Source: an uncultured Polyangiaceae bacterium (GTDB lineage: Bacteria; Desulfobacterota; Binatia; UTPRO1). Taken from it: a stretch of 55,433 nucleotides of DNA. The DNA is taken from the NCBI GenBank assembly GCA_964631985.1, contig CAZWAX010000003.1, forward strand, positions 1 to 55,433, given 5' to 3'. Under the pieces are notes generated by a model. That model made no database searches. It worked only from the letters and a program-made list of their open reading frames with translations, and had not been told where the DNA came from. A program made the position numbers and the translations under genes. Positions 45,376 to 54,319 of this stretch are shown piece by piece. Every line of letters begins with the position of its first letter. Position 1 is the stretch's first letter.

Positions 45376-47157
45376 CTGGAGGTTCAGCCAGGCGGAGAAG
45401 CTCCGCCAGGTTCCCGCCTCCCCCGCCGCGCCGTCCCAGGCCTGGATGGACATGGGAAGGCTCGCGACGGTCTTCGGGGGACGTTTGGTGAGCATCACGA
45501 CGCGCCACTGACCGTCGACCCAGGTCGCAGCGGTTTCGACGGGTGGAATGTCGCCTCCAGCGGTGGACGTCGCCGCCGTGCCCGCGATCTGTTCCACCAG
45601 GGCTCGGGTGTCGCCCTTCTCCTGGCGGTCGGCGGACCACAGCCAGCGTCGCAGCGGGCGCTTCGTGTCTCCGAGATACGGGGAGGGCAGCGTTCCCTTG
45701 GGATCCACCTTCTCGGGGAACTGCACCGCGATCGCGTCGGACAGCCGCCAGCTCGCGCGACGAGCGAGCGCGGCCGGGATGGTGGTTGCGGCTGTCTCCC
45801 CGTTCACCACGTCACGGGACCGATCGTCCCAGGTCAGGAAGATCCCGAGCTGGTCCGCGTTCACGGCCACGACGACCTCGACGAGGTCGATCGAGGGGTA
45901 GGTCCAGTAGGGAGGTGTTTCCATCTGCGGGCCGAGCGGGACGAGCATTGGGGGGCTCGCCCTCCAGAACGCGGCCGTTGGATCCAGGGGAAGCTTTTCG
46001 GTGACGACGGCGGCATGCACCGTCGAGGAGAAGCGTGCACGCTGTCGAGCGATGTGCTCGAGGTAGTACCCGAGGGCCCAACGATCCTCGGGGCTCAGCG
46101 AGGAGGCGTAGCTCTGCATCGGAGTTCCGTCCATCCCGGCCGTGAGGATTCGAAAGAAGTCGTTGGTGCTTCCTCCACCCTTCAGGGTCCACTGTTTGGT
46201 CAGGTTGGATGCAATCGAGGGATTGCCCTCTACGTCCTTGAGTGAAGCGGACGCGGGTCCATCGCCGCGACCCGATTGGCCATGGCATTCGGCGCATTTC
46301 GCGGATGCGTACACGGCACGTCCGCGGGTCACGAGTTGGGCGATCGGTTCGCGTGGTAGCGCCGTCATCGTTATGCCGGAAGGCTTGGTCGCGAAGAGCT
46401 CGGGGGCCAGCGATTGAACGTGAGCAACCACGTCCTCCAGGCGTTGCGAACCGAGCGCGAGAAAGCGTCCCATCGAGGTGTCGCCGACGCCGTGCGCGAT
46501 GACGCCAATGACGTCGCTGTCGATCGGTGGTGAGCCACTTGGAGTGCCGCGGAGGCGGTAGGGTCCACGTGCGAGGTCGCGGGGACGCGGCAGCAGCTCG
46601 GGCGCCAGCGATCCGTCGCCACGCCCCGTTTCACCGTGACATGCGGCACACCGCGTGGCGTACACGTCGCTTCCTACGGCATCGGAATCGATGCCCCCAG
46701 GGTTTTTCACGAAATCGTCCAGCAGCAGGACCAACCCCCAGATCTCCTGGTCGGTGAGCTCTCCCCCGAAGGCGGGCATGTTGGTTTCCCACGGGTGCCC
46801 CGAGAAACTCCCGGCGCCGTTGCGGATGCGCTCGAAGCGCACCTCGTCCGTTGCGATGTCGCGGCTCGGACGTCGCAGGTCCGAGGCTTTCTGCGGGAAC
46901 GCGACCGCATAGGGGCCGTCACCGGCACCGAGATTGCCGTGGCACGGACGACACGATTTTTGGAACGTCAGAAAGGCATCGGCGCGGGCTTGTTTTTGGA
47001 TCGCGGCGTCTGCGGTTCGCAACGGATTGTCCGCCGCGAGGGCGGGCGGTGCTGCGGCGGCCGCCAATGCGAGCGTCCACGCGAGCAACCGGAGCAGGCG
47101 AACGGGGCGGAGCATCGAGCGTATGGCGAGGACGAAGGGGAGCAGATTCGTGTGCAT
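45367..47157 (-). CDS. Tri-haem c-type cytochrome fused to an EB_dh (ethylbenzene-dehydrogenase-gamma/DOMON-like) haem-binding domain
   Basis: 596 aa with a signal peptide. Three CxxCH sites (CRPCH, CAACH, CAECH), each followed by G..G.GDGP. The C-terminal ~220 aa (AIAVQFPEKVDP...PYLGD......W.WSAD...WVDGQWRVVM) resemble EB_dh. Confidence 0.72.
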   Translation of the reverse strand: MHTNLLPFVLAIRSMLRPVRLLRLLAWTLALAAAAAPPALAADNPLRTADAAIQKQARADAFLTFQKSCRPCHGNLGAGDGPYAVAFPQKASDLRRPSRDIATDEVRFERIRNGAGSFSGHPWETNMPAFGGELTDQEIWGLVLLLDDFVKNPGGIDSDAVGSDVYATRCAACHGETGRGDGSLAPELLPRPRDLARGPYRLRGTPSGSPPIDSDVIGVIAHGVGDTSMGRFLALGSQRLEDVVAHVQSLAPELFATKPSGITMTALPREPIAQLVTRGRAVYASAKCAECHGQSGRGDGPASASLKDVEGNPSIASNLTKQWTLKGGGSTNDFFRILTAGMDGTPMQSYASSLSPEDRWALGYYLEHIARQRARFSSTVHAAVVTEKLPLDPTAAFWRASPPMLVPLGPQMETPPYWTYPSIDLVEVVVAVNADQLGIFLTWDDRSRDVVNGETAATTIPAALARRASWRLSDAIAVQFPEKVDPKGTLPSPYLGDTKRPLRRWLWSADRQEKGDTRALVEQIAGTAATSTAGGDIPPVETAATWVDGQWRVVMLTKRPPKTVASLPMSIQAWDGAAGEAGTWRSFSAWLNLQLR

Positions 47158-47166
47158 GGGCTTGAC

Positions 47167-47883
47167 CTAGCGACGCGACATTTCGAGCGTGACATCGACC
47201 ACGCTCTTGGGGTCGAGGGTGATCTTGCGTGAGACCTTCCCGAGCGTCTCGTGCCACGCTTCGAGGGTGTAGTTTCCCGGCGGGACATCGTCGAGGGCGA
47301 ACGTACCTTCGGCGTCGGTGAGCGCGTAGTACGGATGCTCTTGCGAGATCCACCACGCTTCCATCCATGAATGGACGTCGCAGCGGACGCGAATCGGCAT
47401 CTCGGGCTCCTCGATGCGTTTCTCGATGAGACGACGGTACTTCGGCTGCGCGAGGGTGAACGACGGATTGGCTTCGGACAACGTGTTCGTATTGTGCAGA
47501 ATGCCGTCCTCGTTCTCGATCCGCACCCGCGATCCGGCGGGGAAGATCATGACGCGTGGCGAATACTCGCATCCCTTCTGGCGCAGGGTGACGGTCTTCG
47601 GCTTCGGCAGTGGCTTACCTTGGCGGATGTCGGTCAGGCGTACGACCGCATTGCGGAGACCCTTGGATGCCGAAACGAGGATGTCGGCCGATGTCTTTTC
47701 CTTGCCGCAGACCTCGGGATCCTTGGTGATGGCGACGGTCTTGGGCTCCGGCGGCGTGCCGGCGAAGCGGATCGCCCCTCGGATGGTGCCGCCGTCGGTG
47801 ACCGCGATGGCCTGATATGCGGCGGTGCTGGTCGACACGCTCACGATCACCGCAGCGGCCACCACGCCGATCCATACGCGCAT
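47167..47883 (-). CDS. Cupredoxin-like copper protein with C-terminal CarboxypepD_reg-like domain ('methylamine utilisation protein'-type)
   Basis: ATG at 47883 after GAGGAGAGG, with a signal peptide. Candidate type-1 Cu ligands are H in ENEDGILHNT and C-x2-H-x2-M in VRCDVHSWM (amicyanin spacing). Tail ALTDAEGTFALDDVPPGNYTLEAWHE. Confidence 0.62.
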   Translation of the reverse strand: MRVWIGVVAAAVIVSVSTSTAAYQAIAVTDGGTIRGAIRFAGTPPEPKTVAITKDPEVCGKEKTSADILVSASKGLRNAVVRLTDIRQGKPLPKPKTVTLRQKGCEYSPRVMIFPAGSRVRIENEDGILHNTNTLSEANPSFTLAQPKYRRLIEKRIEEPEMPIRVRCDVHSWMEAWWISQEHPYYALTDAEGTFALDDVPPGNYTLEAWHETLGKVSRKITLDPKSVVDVTLEMSRR

Positions 47884-47942
47884 TCCGGTTGCCTCTCCTC
47901 TTCGTGGGTTGTGGGGTTGCGTGCCGGCTCGCCGGAGACCGG

Positions 47943-48197
47943 CTACGGCGCTTCGTACACCCGGATCGTGGAGACGCATAGCCCACGTGACGTTCGGCCG
48001 ACGTCGAACCCGACCCGAAGACCGGGGCGGAGCGCCGGAAAGCCCTCGGTGACTCCGAGCAGCAGGAGGCTCGTCGCAGCAAACGGCAGGTCGCGACCCT
48101 TGTCGGTCCGCAGCCACCCCGTGCGGCTGCCGGGGTGCACCTGCATGATGATGCCGCGATGGTATCGGTCCGCGTCCGGAAGGCTTCCGGTGTCCAT
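47943..48197 (-). CDS. Small cold-shock-domain-like (OB-fold?) protein downstream of sulfite reductase
   Basis: ATG at 48197, 8 nt after the reductase stop (alternative ATG 48146). GIIMQVHPGSRTGWLRTDKGRDLPFAATSLL....L.PGLRVGFDV follows the CSD topology but lacks the RNP1 aromatic motif. Confidence 0.35.
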   Translation of the reverse strand: MDTGSLPDADRYHRGIIMQVHPGSRTGWLRTDKGRDLPFAATSLLLLGVTEGFPALRPGLRVGFDVGRTSRGLCVSTIRVYEAP

Positions 48198-48205
48198 GCG
48201 GCCGG

Positions 48206-49870
48206 CTATCGTACGTCGTCCGGAGCCGACGCCACGGCGATCTTGCTGAGCTGGTCCATCCCGAACCGCTTTACGAACGCGTGAAAGGGCTCGCCGGGCG
48301 CTCGCTCGGATCGATAACATTCGGCGATGGCCGTGATGGCGCGCGGTGCCACCGCTTCGGGGAAGCGGCCGCCGAGGCGTTTGCCGACCGCATAGTCGTG
48401 CTCGCCGACGTGACCACCGAGCAGAATGGAATAGTGCGGCCGCTCCTTGCCGTCCTTGCCCTTGATCATCATTCCGGTGAGCCCGATGTCGCCGACATGA
48501 TGCTGACCGCACGAGTTTGGGCAGCCACTGATCTTGATGTGGAGCTCCCCGATGGCGGCAGCCGACACGCCGGCTTCGTCGAGGTGCTGGCGGATGCGCT
48601 CCGCCATGCCCATGGAGCGCGTCACGGCCAGGCTGCAGTAGTCGGCGCCGGGGCACGACACGACGTCCGTAATGTGGTTGGCCCCCGGCTCGGCGAGTCC
48701 GATCTCGATCAAGCGGCGATGGAGCTTCGGCAAGGCGGCCCCACTGATCGAGGGCAGCAGAAAGTTCTGCTCGTTCGAGACGCGTAGCGTCCCGTTACCG
48801 AGCTCTTCGGCGAGTGCGGTGATCGCGCGACCTTGGGCCGTCGTGTAGTCGCCGACGGGAACGGTGACGGTGGCGAGGAAGTAGCCTGCGTCGCGCTGAG
48901 CCACGACGTTCGTCGCTACCCAATCGGCGTAGCGTTGATCCCCGCTCGCGATCGGCGCACCTGCGTGACGCGGCTCGGGCAGCGCGTAGCCGGTCACGTA
49001 CTCGCGCGCTTCGCGACGGAGGCTTTCGCCGCGCGTGGCCTCGACCCGCGCAATCTCATCGTCGAGCGCTTTGGTGAAGCCCGCGGTTCCGAGCTTCCTC
49101 ATGAGATACTTCATGCGCGCGCGGCTGCGATTCTTACGCTCACCCAAGCGATGCCAGATGCGGACGATGGACTCGGCCAGGATCAGGATGTCCTCCGCGG
49201 GGACGAAGTCGCGGATGCGCGTCGCGAGGAACGGTTGCGACCCCAAGCCCCCGGCAACGCCGACCCCGAAACCCTCGATGGGCTTGCCGTTCTCGGTGCG
49301 GACGTGGGCGTAGAACCCCATGTCGTTGATCGGTCCCTGTGCGCAGTCACGCTCGCAGTTGCTGAACGATACCTTGAACTTCCGGGGCAGCGTCGTGTTC
49401 AGCGGGTTGAACAGGAAGTAGTCGTTGATGAGCTGGGCATACGGCGCTACGTCGAACGGCTCGCTCGCGAGCAGGCCCGTGTGCGGGCACGCGGTGACGT
49501 TGCGAACGCTGTCGGCACAGGCGCCGCGGGTGGTGATGCCGACATCGTGGAGGCGTCGATACATCGCTCCGACCTCGCCGAGTGGGACCCAGTGGATCTG
49601 GATGTCCTGGCGCGTGGTGAGGTGGCCGACGCCCCGACCGTAGTCGTCGGTAATGTCGTTCAGGCAGTGCATCTGGGCGGCAGTGATGAGGCCACCAGGG
49701 ATCTTGATGCGTTGCATGTAGCTCGTGTGATCGAGCTGGTAGTAGAGACCGTAGCTGAGTCGCATCGGACGAAACTCTTCGGGGGTGATGGTCCCGCCGA
49801 TGTACCCCTCGACGCGGCCCTGATGGCCGGCGAGCCCGTCGCGCAATTGGCGATCACTCGGAAGTGGCAT
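48206..49870 (-). CDS. Ferredoxin-dependent sulfite/nitrite reductase (sirohaem-[4Fe-4S])
   Basis: 554 aa with two NIR_SIR repeats. Cluster/sirohaem Cys motifs SCPGADYCSLA and SGCPNSCGQHH. TTRQDIQIHW. Confidence 0.9.
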   Translation of the reverse strand: MPLPSDRQLRDGLAGHQGRVEGYIGGTITPEEFRPMRLSYGLYYQLDHTSYMQRIKIPGGLITAAQMHCLNDITDDYGRGVGHLTTRQDIQIHWVPLGEVGAMYRRLHDVGITTRGACADSVRNVTACPHTGLLASEPFDVAPYAQLINDYFLFNPLNTTLPRKFKVSFSNCERDCAQGPINDMGFYAHVRTENGKPIEGFGVGVAGGLGSQPFLATRIRDFVPAEDILILAESIVRIWHRLGERKNRSRARMKYLMRKLGTAGFTKALDDEIARVEATRGESLRREAREYVTGYALPEPRHAGAPIASGDQRYADWVATNVVAQRDAGYFLATVTVPVGDYTTAQGRAITALAEELGNGTLRVSNEQNFLLPSISGAALPKLHRRLIEIGLAEPGANHITDVVSCPGADYCSLAVTRSMGMAERIRQHLDEAGVSAAAIGELHIKISGCPNSCGQHHVGDIGLTGMMIKGKDGKERPHYSILLGGHVGEHDYAVGKRLGGRFPEAVAPRAITAIAECYRSERAPGEPFHAFVKRFGMDQLSKIAVASAPDDVR

Positions 49871-50112
49871 GGTGTGCGTTCTCCTGCGCTGCTTTCGGAC
49901 GGAAGGGCGACGGTCGCGGTCGCTCCGGAGTGGGGTCCGTCAACGCGACGCAGCTTCGTGTCATTATGGATGGGTGCGACGACAAGTCAAGGCGAAGTCC
50001 CAATGAGGACGCGAAGTTATGCGGCAACCACCGGGTAGAGACCCGGTACTCGCGCGTTGCGTTCCGGGGGCTGGGGTGGTACCTCCGCCCGCTGATTTCC
50101 TCTGGAGGTTCG

Positions 50113-50682
50113 ATGCTGATTCCCGCCACACATCTGCGCGTCGGTATGTTGATCAATTACCAAAACGATCTCTACCGGATCATGACCGTCACCCACATCA
50201 CGCCCGGCAACTGGCGTGGGATGGTGCAAACGAAGATGCGGAGCGTACGCTCCGGGACCCAGACCGAGAATCGGTTCCGGTCCGAAGACAAGGTCGATCG
50301 CGTCACGCTCGACCAGCAAGAGATGGAGTACCTCTACGGTGACGGCGAAGGTCACCACTTCATGAACACCGAGAGCTTCGAGCAGATCGCGCTCGACGCC
50401 GAATGGCTGGGCGATTCCGTTTCGTACCTGCTCCCCAACATGCGCGTGATCGTGGACTTCTACGAAGGCAAGCCGATTGGGGTTACCTTGCCGAAGAATG
50501 TCGACCTGCGGGTGACCGATACCGCGCCCGGGCTGAAGACGGCGACGGTGACGAACGTCCTCAAGCCGGCGACGACCGAGACCGGCCTGGTCGTTCCGGT
50601 GCCGAATTTCGTCAACGTCGACGACGTCATCAAGGTCGATACCGAGAGCGGCGCGTACATCTCGCGCGTCAAAGCCGAGTAG
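50113..50682 (+). CDS. efp: Elongation factor P family protein with Arg-containing, lengthened beta3-beta4 loop (EfpL/YeiP-like?)
   Basis: ATG at 50113 after GGAGG. 189 aa with the three-domain EF-P pattern (TDTAPGLKTATVTNVLKPATTETGLVVPVP). The loop reads HITPGNWRGMVQTKMR instead of VKPGKGQAF. Confidence 0.88.
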   Translation: MLIPATHLRVGMLINYQNDLYRIMTVTHITPGNWRGMVQTKMRSVRSGTQTENRFRSEDKVDRVTLDQQEMEYLYGDGEGHHFMNTESFEQIALDAEWLGDSVSYLLPNMRVIVDFYEGKPIGVTLPKNVDLRVTDTAPGLKTATVTNVLKPATTETGLVVPVPNFVNVDDVIKVDTESGAYISRVKAE

Positions 50683-50698
50683 CGACCCGTCGCCAGCC

Positions 50699-51883
50699 GT
50701 GGACTTTCGCTATAGCGAAGCCGAGGAGCAGTTTCGGCTGGAGCTGCGGCGCTGGCTCGACGAACACCTCCCCCGGCACTTCGCTCCGGGGGAGCTCGCC
50801 GAAGAGCTCGATCCGGATGCGCGCTTCGAGAAGATGCTCGGGTGGCATCGCGCCATGCATGCCGGCGGCTGGGTCGGCATCCATTGGCCGCGCGAGTACG
50901 GGCGCCGTGGCGCGTCGATCATGGAGCAGGTCGTGTACGCCGAGGAGATGGGTGCGACCGGCGCGCCGCCGCCGATCAATCCGATCGCGATCATGATGGT
51001 CGGACCAACCCTCATGCAGTGGGGAACGGAGGAGCAAAAGCGCCGGTTCATCCCAACCATGCTCGCGGCCGACGAGATCTGGTGCCAGGGATATTCAGAG
51101 CCCAACGCCGGGAGCGACCTGGCCGCCTTGCAGACGCGTGCGGTCGAGGATGGGGGCGACTTGGTCGTGACGGGGCAAAAGGTGTGGACGAGCCTGGCCC
51201 ATCGAGCGGATTGGTGCATCTTGCTGTGCCGAACGGATCCGGATGCGCGAAAGCACCTCGGAATCTCGTATCTGCTGGTCGACATGAAGAGCCCCGGCAT
51301 CACCGTCCGTCCTCTCGTCCAGATGACCGGGGACGCCGAGTTCAACGAGGTGTTCTTCGACGCGGTACGGGTACCCACGGCCAATCTGGTCGGTAAGCTC
51401 CATCAGGGCTGGCACGTGGCGATGACGACGCTCGGCTTCGAGCGCGTCGGGCTCGGGAACGTCTATCAATTCGACCGCCTCATTCGCGAGCTGGTGGCGT
51501 TGGCGCATGGTCGTACGATCGAGGGTCGCCCGGCGCACGAGCACGGTGCGATCCGTCAGCGACTGGCGCAGCTCGCGATCGAGGCCCAGGCGTTGCGCTA
51601 CACTCAGTATCGCCACGTGACCAAGCGAGCGCGCGGCGAGCCGGGCCCCGAGGCGTCGGTCGCGAAGCTCTTCGGGACTGAGCTCAACCTCCGGATCATG
51701 CGGCTCGCCCTCGACTTGCTCGGGCCCGAGGGACTCGTCGAGCGCGCCCGTGGAACGACCGACGAATCAAGCAAGTGGCTGCGTCGCATTCTTGCCGCCC
51801 GCGCCTTTACGATCGGTGGGGGAACGTCGGAGGTGCAGCGCAACATCATCGGCGAACGCGCCCTCGGGCTACCGCGCGGATGA
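50699..51883 (+). CDS. Acyl-CoA dehydrogenase
   Basis: 394 aa with a GTG start. CQGYSEPNAGSDLA, GQKVWTS and a C-terminal IGGGTSEVQRNIIGE. Confidence 0.9.
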   Translation: MDFRYSEAEEQFRLELRRWLDEHLPRHFAPGELAEELDPDARFEKMLGWHRAMHAGGWVGIHWPREYGRRGASIMEQVVYAEEMGATGAPPPINPIAIMMVGPTLMQWGTEEQKRRFIPTMLAADEIWCQGYSEPNAGSDLAALQTRAVEDGGDLVVTGQKVWTSLAHRADWCILLCRTDPDARKHLGISYLLVDMKSPGITVRPLVQMTGDAEFNEVFFDAVRVPTANLVGKLHQGWHVAMTTLGFERVGLGNVYQFDRLIRELVALAHGRTIEGRPAHEHGAIRQRLAQLAIEAQALRYTQYRHVTKRARGEPGPEASVAKLFGTELNLRIMRLALDLLGPEGLVERARGTTDESSKWLRRILAARAFTIGGGTSEVQRNIIGERALGLPRG

Positions 51884-52491
51884 ACGATCGTCCGGTGACG
51901 GACGGCGCGACCTTCTGGAGCAGCCTCTTCGGGGGCGACGCGCCCGTCGAGATCGAGATCGGCAGCGGCGACGGCGCGTTTCTGATGGCGTACGCGCGAC
52001 GCTATCCGGATCGCCATCTTCTCGGCATGGAGCGCTCACCGTCGAAGGCGCGGCGTCTCGACGCGCGCTTCGCAAAGCTCGATCTGCCGAACGTGCGGAC
52101 GCTGCAAGCCGACGCGAGGTGCGTGGTCGCATCGATCCTTCCGGAGGCCTCCGTCGGTGCGTATCATGTGTACTTCCCCGACCCCTGGCCAAAGCGAGTG
52201 CATGCGGGTCGCCGGATCTTCACCCCTGTCTTCGTCGCCGGCCTGGCGAGGACCCTCGTGCCGGGGGGACGGCTGTTCTTCGCGACCGACGTTGCCGCCT
52301 ATGCACGTGTGGCCTGTGGGCACGTGCTCGCGGTACCCGAGTTCCGCGAGGTGGTCCCAGAGGAGCATCACCCAGGTCTCGACACGTCCTTCGCGCGAAA
52401 GTATCGCGCCGGTGGCCGGCAGCTGTCGACCCTCACGTTCGAGCGCGTCGCCGCTCAAGTCTTGGCGGCATCGAAGATCAGGTCGAGATAG
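51880..52491 (+). CDS. trmB: tRNA (guanine46-N7)-methyltransferase
   Basis: The ATG at 51880 overlaps the ACAD stop (ATGA). VEIEIGSGDGAF, LGMER, VYFPDPWPKRVH and GGRLFFATD motifs. Confidence 0.85.
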   Translation: MNDRPVTDGATFWSSLFGGDAPVEIEIGSGDGAFLMAYARRYPDRHLLGMERSPSKARRLDARFAKLDLPNVRTLQADARCVVASILPEASVGAYHVYFPDPWPKRVHAGRRIFTPVFVAGLARTLVPGGRLFFATDVAAYARVACGHVLAVPEFREVVPEEHHPGLDTSFARKYRAGGRQLSTLTFERVAAQVLAASKIRSR

Positions 52492-52994
52492 TAGCTGAGG
52501 TTCATGCCGACGAGGTAGACCGTCGGCTGATCGCTGCGACGCGCATACACCGCGGTGCGCGTGGGATTGCGAGTCCCGACGAGCACCGTGACGCCGCTGG
52601 CCGGTGCCCCCGGCAGCACGATCTCGAGGGTCGCCGACGGCGTGTCGAGCCCGTACTCCGAGAGCGGGCGCTCGGTTCCGTCCGTGAGTCGCTCGGCGGA
52701 TTGGCCCGCCGTCAGGGTGGCGATCGTGGCGTCGATCAGATCGGATGGGATCGGCTCACCGGTGTGCTCCACGATCCGCCACCGCCCGTCCTCGCGGGCC
52801 GCGCGGACGACCGTGCTCCCTCGTCGAAAGGTCACCGCACTGACCGCCGCGGCCTCGGCATCGAGGAGGGAGGGCCCTACGGACGGTGGATTTGGCACGT
52901 CCGGAGCGGGGAGATCGGCCGGCCCGCCGACGAGCACCGCGCCCGCGAGTACCGCCAGAACGATGTAGATCGCCGCGACCTTCCGCCAGCTCAT
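52455..52994 (-). CDS. DUF4340-like periplasmic protein anchored by one TM
   Basis: The ATG at 52994 overlaps the upstream TGA. MSWRKVAAIYIVLAVLAGAVLV TM. ...EYGLDTPSATLEI...VLVGTRNPTRTAVYARR...VYLV is the DUF4340 pattern seen after GldG-like genes. Confidence 0.6.
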   Translation of the reverse strand: MSWRKVAAIYIVLAVLAGAVLVGGPADLPAPDVPNPPSVGPSLLDAEAAAVSAVTFRRGSTVVRAAREDGRWRIVEHTGEPIPSDLIDATIATLTAGQSAERLTDGTERPLSEYGLDTPSATLEIVLPGAPASGVTVLVGTRNPTRTAVYARRSDQPTVYLVGMNLSYYLDLIFDAAKT

Positions 52995-54319
52995 GCGCGT
53001 CGTCTCCGGAGGAGCACCAGCAGCCCCACGGCGAAGAAGAAAGCAGGCTGGAGGACCGTTGCGAGCCAGAACGACCACGCCCCTTGGGTCTCGGTCACGA
53101 AGAACTGCTCGCGGCCGACCTCCTTGGATTGAGCGCGCGCGGACAGCAGCGACTCGTCGCGGGCGAGCCAGTTGATGCTGTTCACGAGAAGATCCTTGTT
53201 GCCGAGATAGTCGATGATGCCGTTCGTGGCGAAGTCACTGTCTCCGACGACGATGATGCGACCATGGCGCTCCGCGACGGGCACGATCGCGGCACCAACG
53301 ACGAGCGGCCCCTTCGGTCGGTTCGCTGGATCGAGGCGGACGTCGGTGGGCGGCGTCGAGTAGCTGCTGGAGCTGGTCGTGAGGAACTTGACGACCGAGC
53401 TCGCGGAGGAGTCGAGCACCCGCAATGGTCGCGCGTAGGAGAAGACCGGGGGCGCTTCGAGCGTGCCGCTCACGAGGAACGACGACAACATCTCGGACAC
53501 CATTACGGTGACACCCTCTCCGCCTGCCAGCCGGCGCTCCGGATCGACGACGACCTGCTCCGGCGTCGTGATGCCGAGCGCCGTTGCGAAGGCCGCGAGC
53601 GACGGCGGGCTTTCCGGGTCGAGCAACAGCAGCAAGTTGCCGCCCCGGCGGAGATAGCCCTCGATCTGCGTCAATTCACCCGGCAGATAGTCCTTGCGCG
53701 GGCCAGCCATGACGACGACCGTCGCATCGATCGGGACGGATTCCGTGCGCATCAAGGGCAGCGTTCGCACGACGAACTGATCGTCCTCCAGGGTGTGTTT
53801 GGCGACCGACAAGCCGGTCTTGCGGTCGCCGTCCTCCGGGGATGCCTCGCCGTGCCCCGTCACGAAGTAGACCATCCGTTCACGGTCGCGGGTGACGGCC
53901 AGGAGGGCGCCCATCAGCAGGGCTTCGCTCGAGTTGGAGACGTCGCGGCGACGCCCGGCGCTCTCGACGACGATCGCCCCGTAGCGATCGATACCGTACT
54001 GGCGCGCGAGCGCCGGTGACCGATTGATGTCGACGAACTCGTAGGTGACTCGCGGTGTCTCCTGCGTGATGCGCCACAGGAGATCTTTGGTCTGCGGTGT
54101 CCGAGGATCCTCGCTGCGCACGAACACGGTGAGTCGTACGTCCCGTGGCAACTCCTTCAGGATTTTTCTGGCGTGTGTCGAGAGCGTGTAATCGCGCTGC
54201 GGCGAGAGGTCGATGCGAACGTTGTGTCGATAGGTCAACAAGAGCACGAGCAGGCCGCATCCGATCAGCCCGAGCGTGCCGACCACCAGCGAGAGCCAGC
54301 GTCCCTGACTCTTCCTCAT
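52991..54319 (-). CDS. GldG-like ABC-transporter auxiliary protein (ABC_transp_aux)
   Basis: ATG at 54319 (ATGA overlap). N- and C-terminal TMs. RIDLSPQRDYTLS, YEFVDINRSPALARQYGI and FVTGHGE motifs. Confidence 0.75.
   Translation of the reverse strand: MRKSQGRWLSLVVGTLGLIGCGLLVLLLTYRHNVRIDLSPQRDYTLSTHARKILKELPRDVRLTVFVRSEDPRTPQTKDLLWRITQETPRVTYEFVDINRSPALARQYGIDRYGAIVVESAGRRRDVSNSSEALLMGALLAVTRDRERMVYFVTGHGEASPEDGDRKTGLSVAKHTLEDDQFVVRTLPLMRTESVPIDATVVVMAGPRKDYLPGELTQIEGYLRRGGNLLLLLDPESPPSLAAFATALGITTPEQVVVDPERRLAGGEGVTVMVSEMLSSFLVSGTLEAPPVFSYARPLRVLDSSASSVVKFLTTSSSSYSTPPTDVRLDPANRPKGPLVVGAAIVPVAERHGRIIVVGDSDFATNGIIDYLGNKDLLVNSINWLARDESLLSARAQSKEVGREQFFVTETQGAWSFWLATVLQPAFFFAVGLLVLLRRRRA

Noticed and set aside
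50030-50047. Perfect 7-bp hairpin ACCGGGT-agag-ACCCGGT in the 240-nt sir/efp divergent intergenic region
   Set aside because: It is short, has no U-tract and matches no known leader or riboswitch. It may be a 5'-UTR structure, but there is nothing to support a call.
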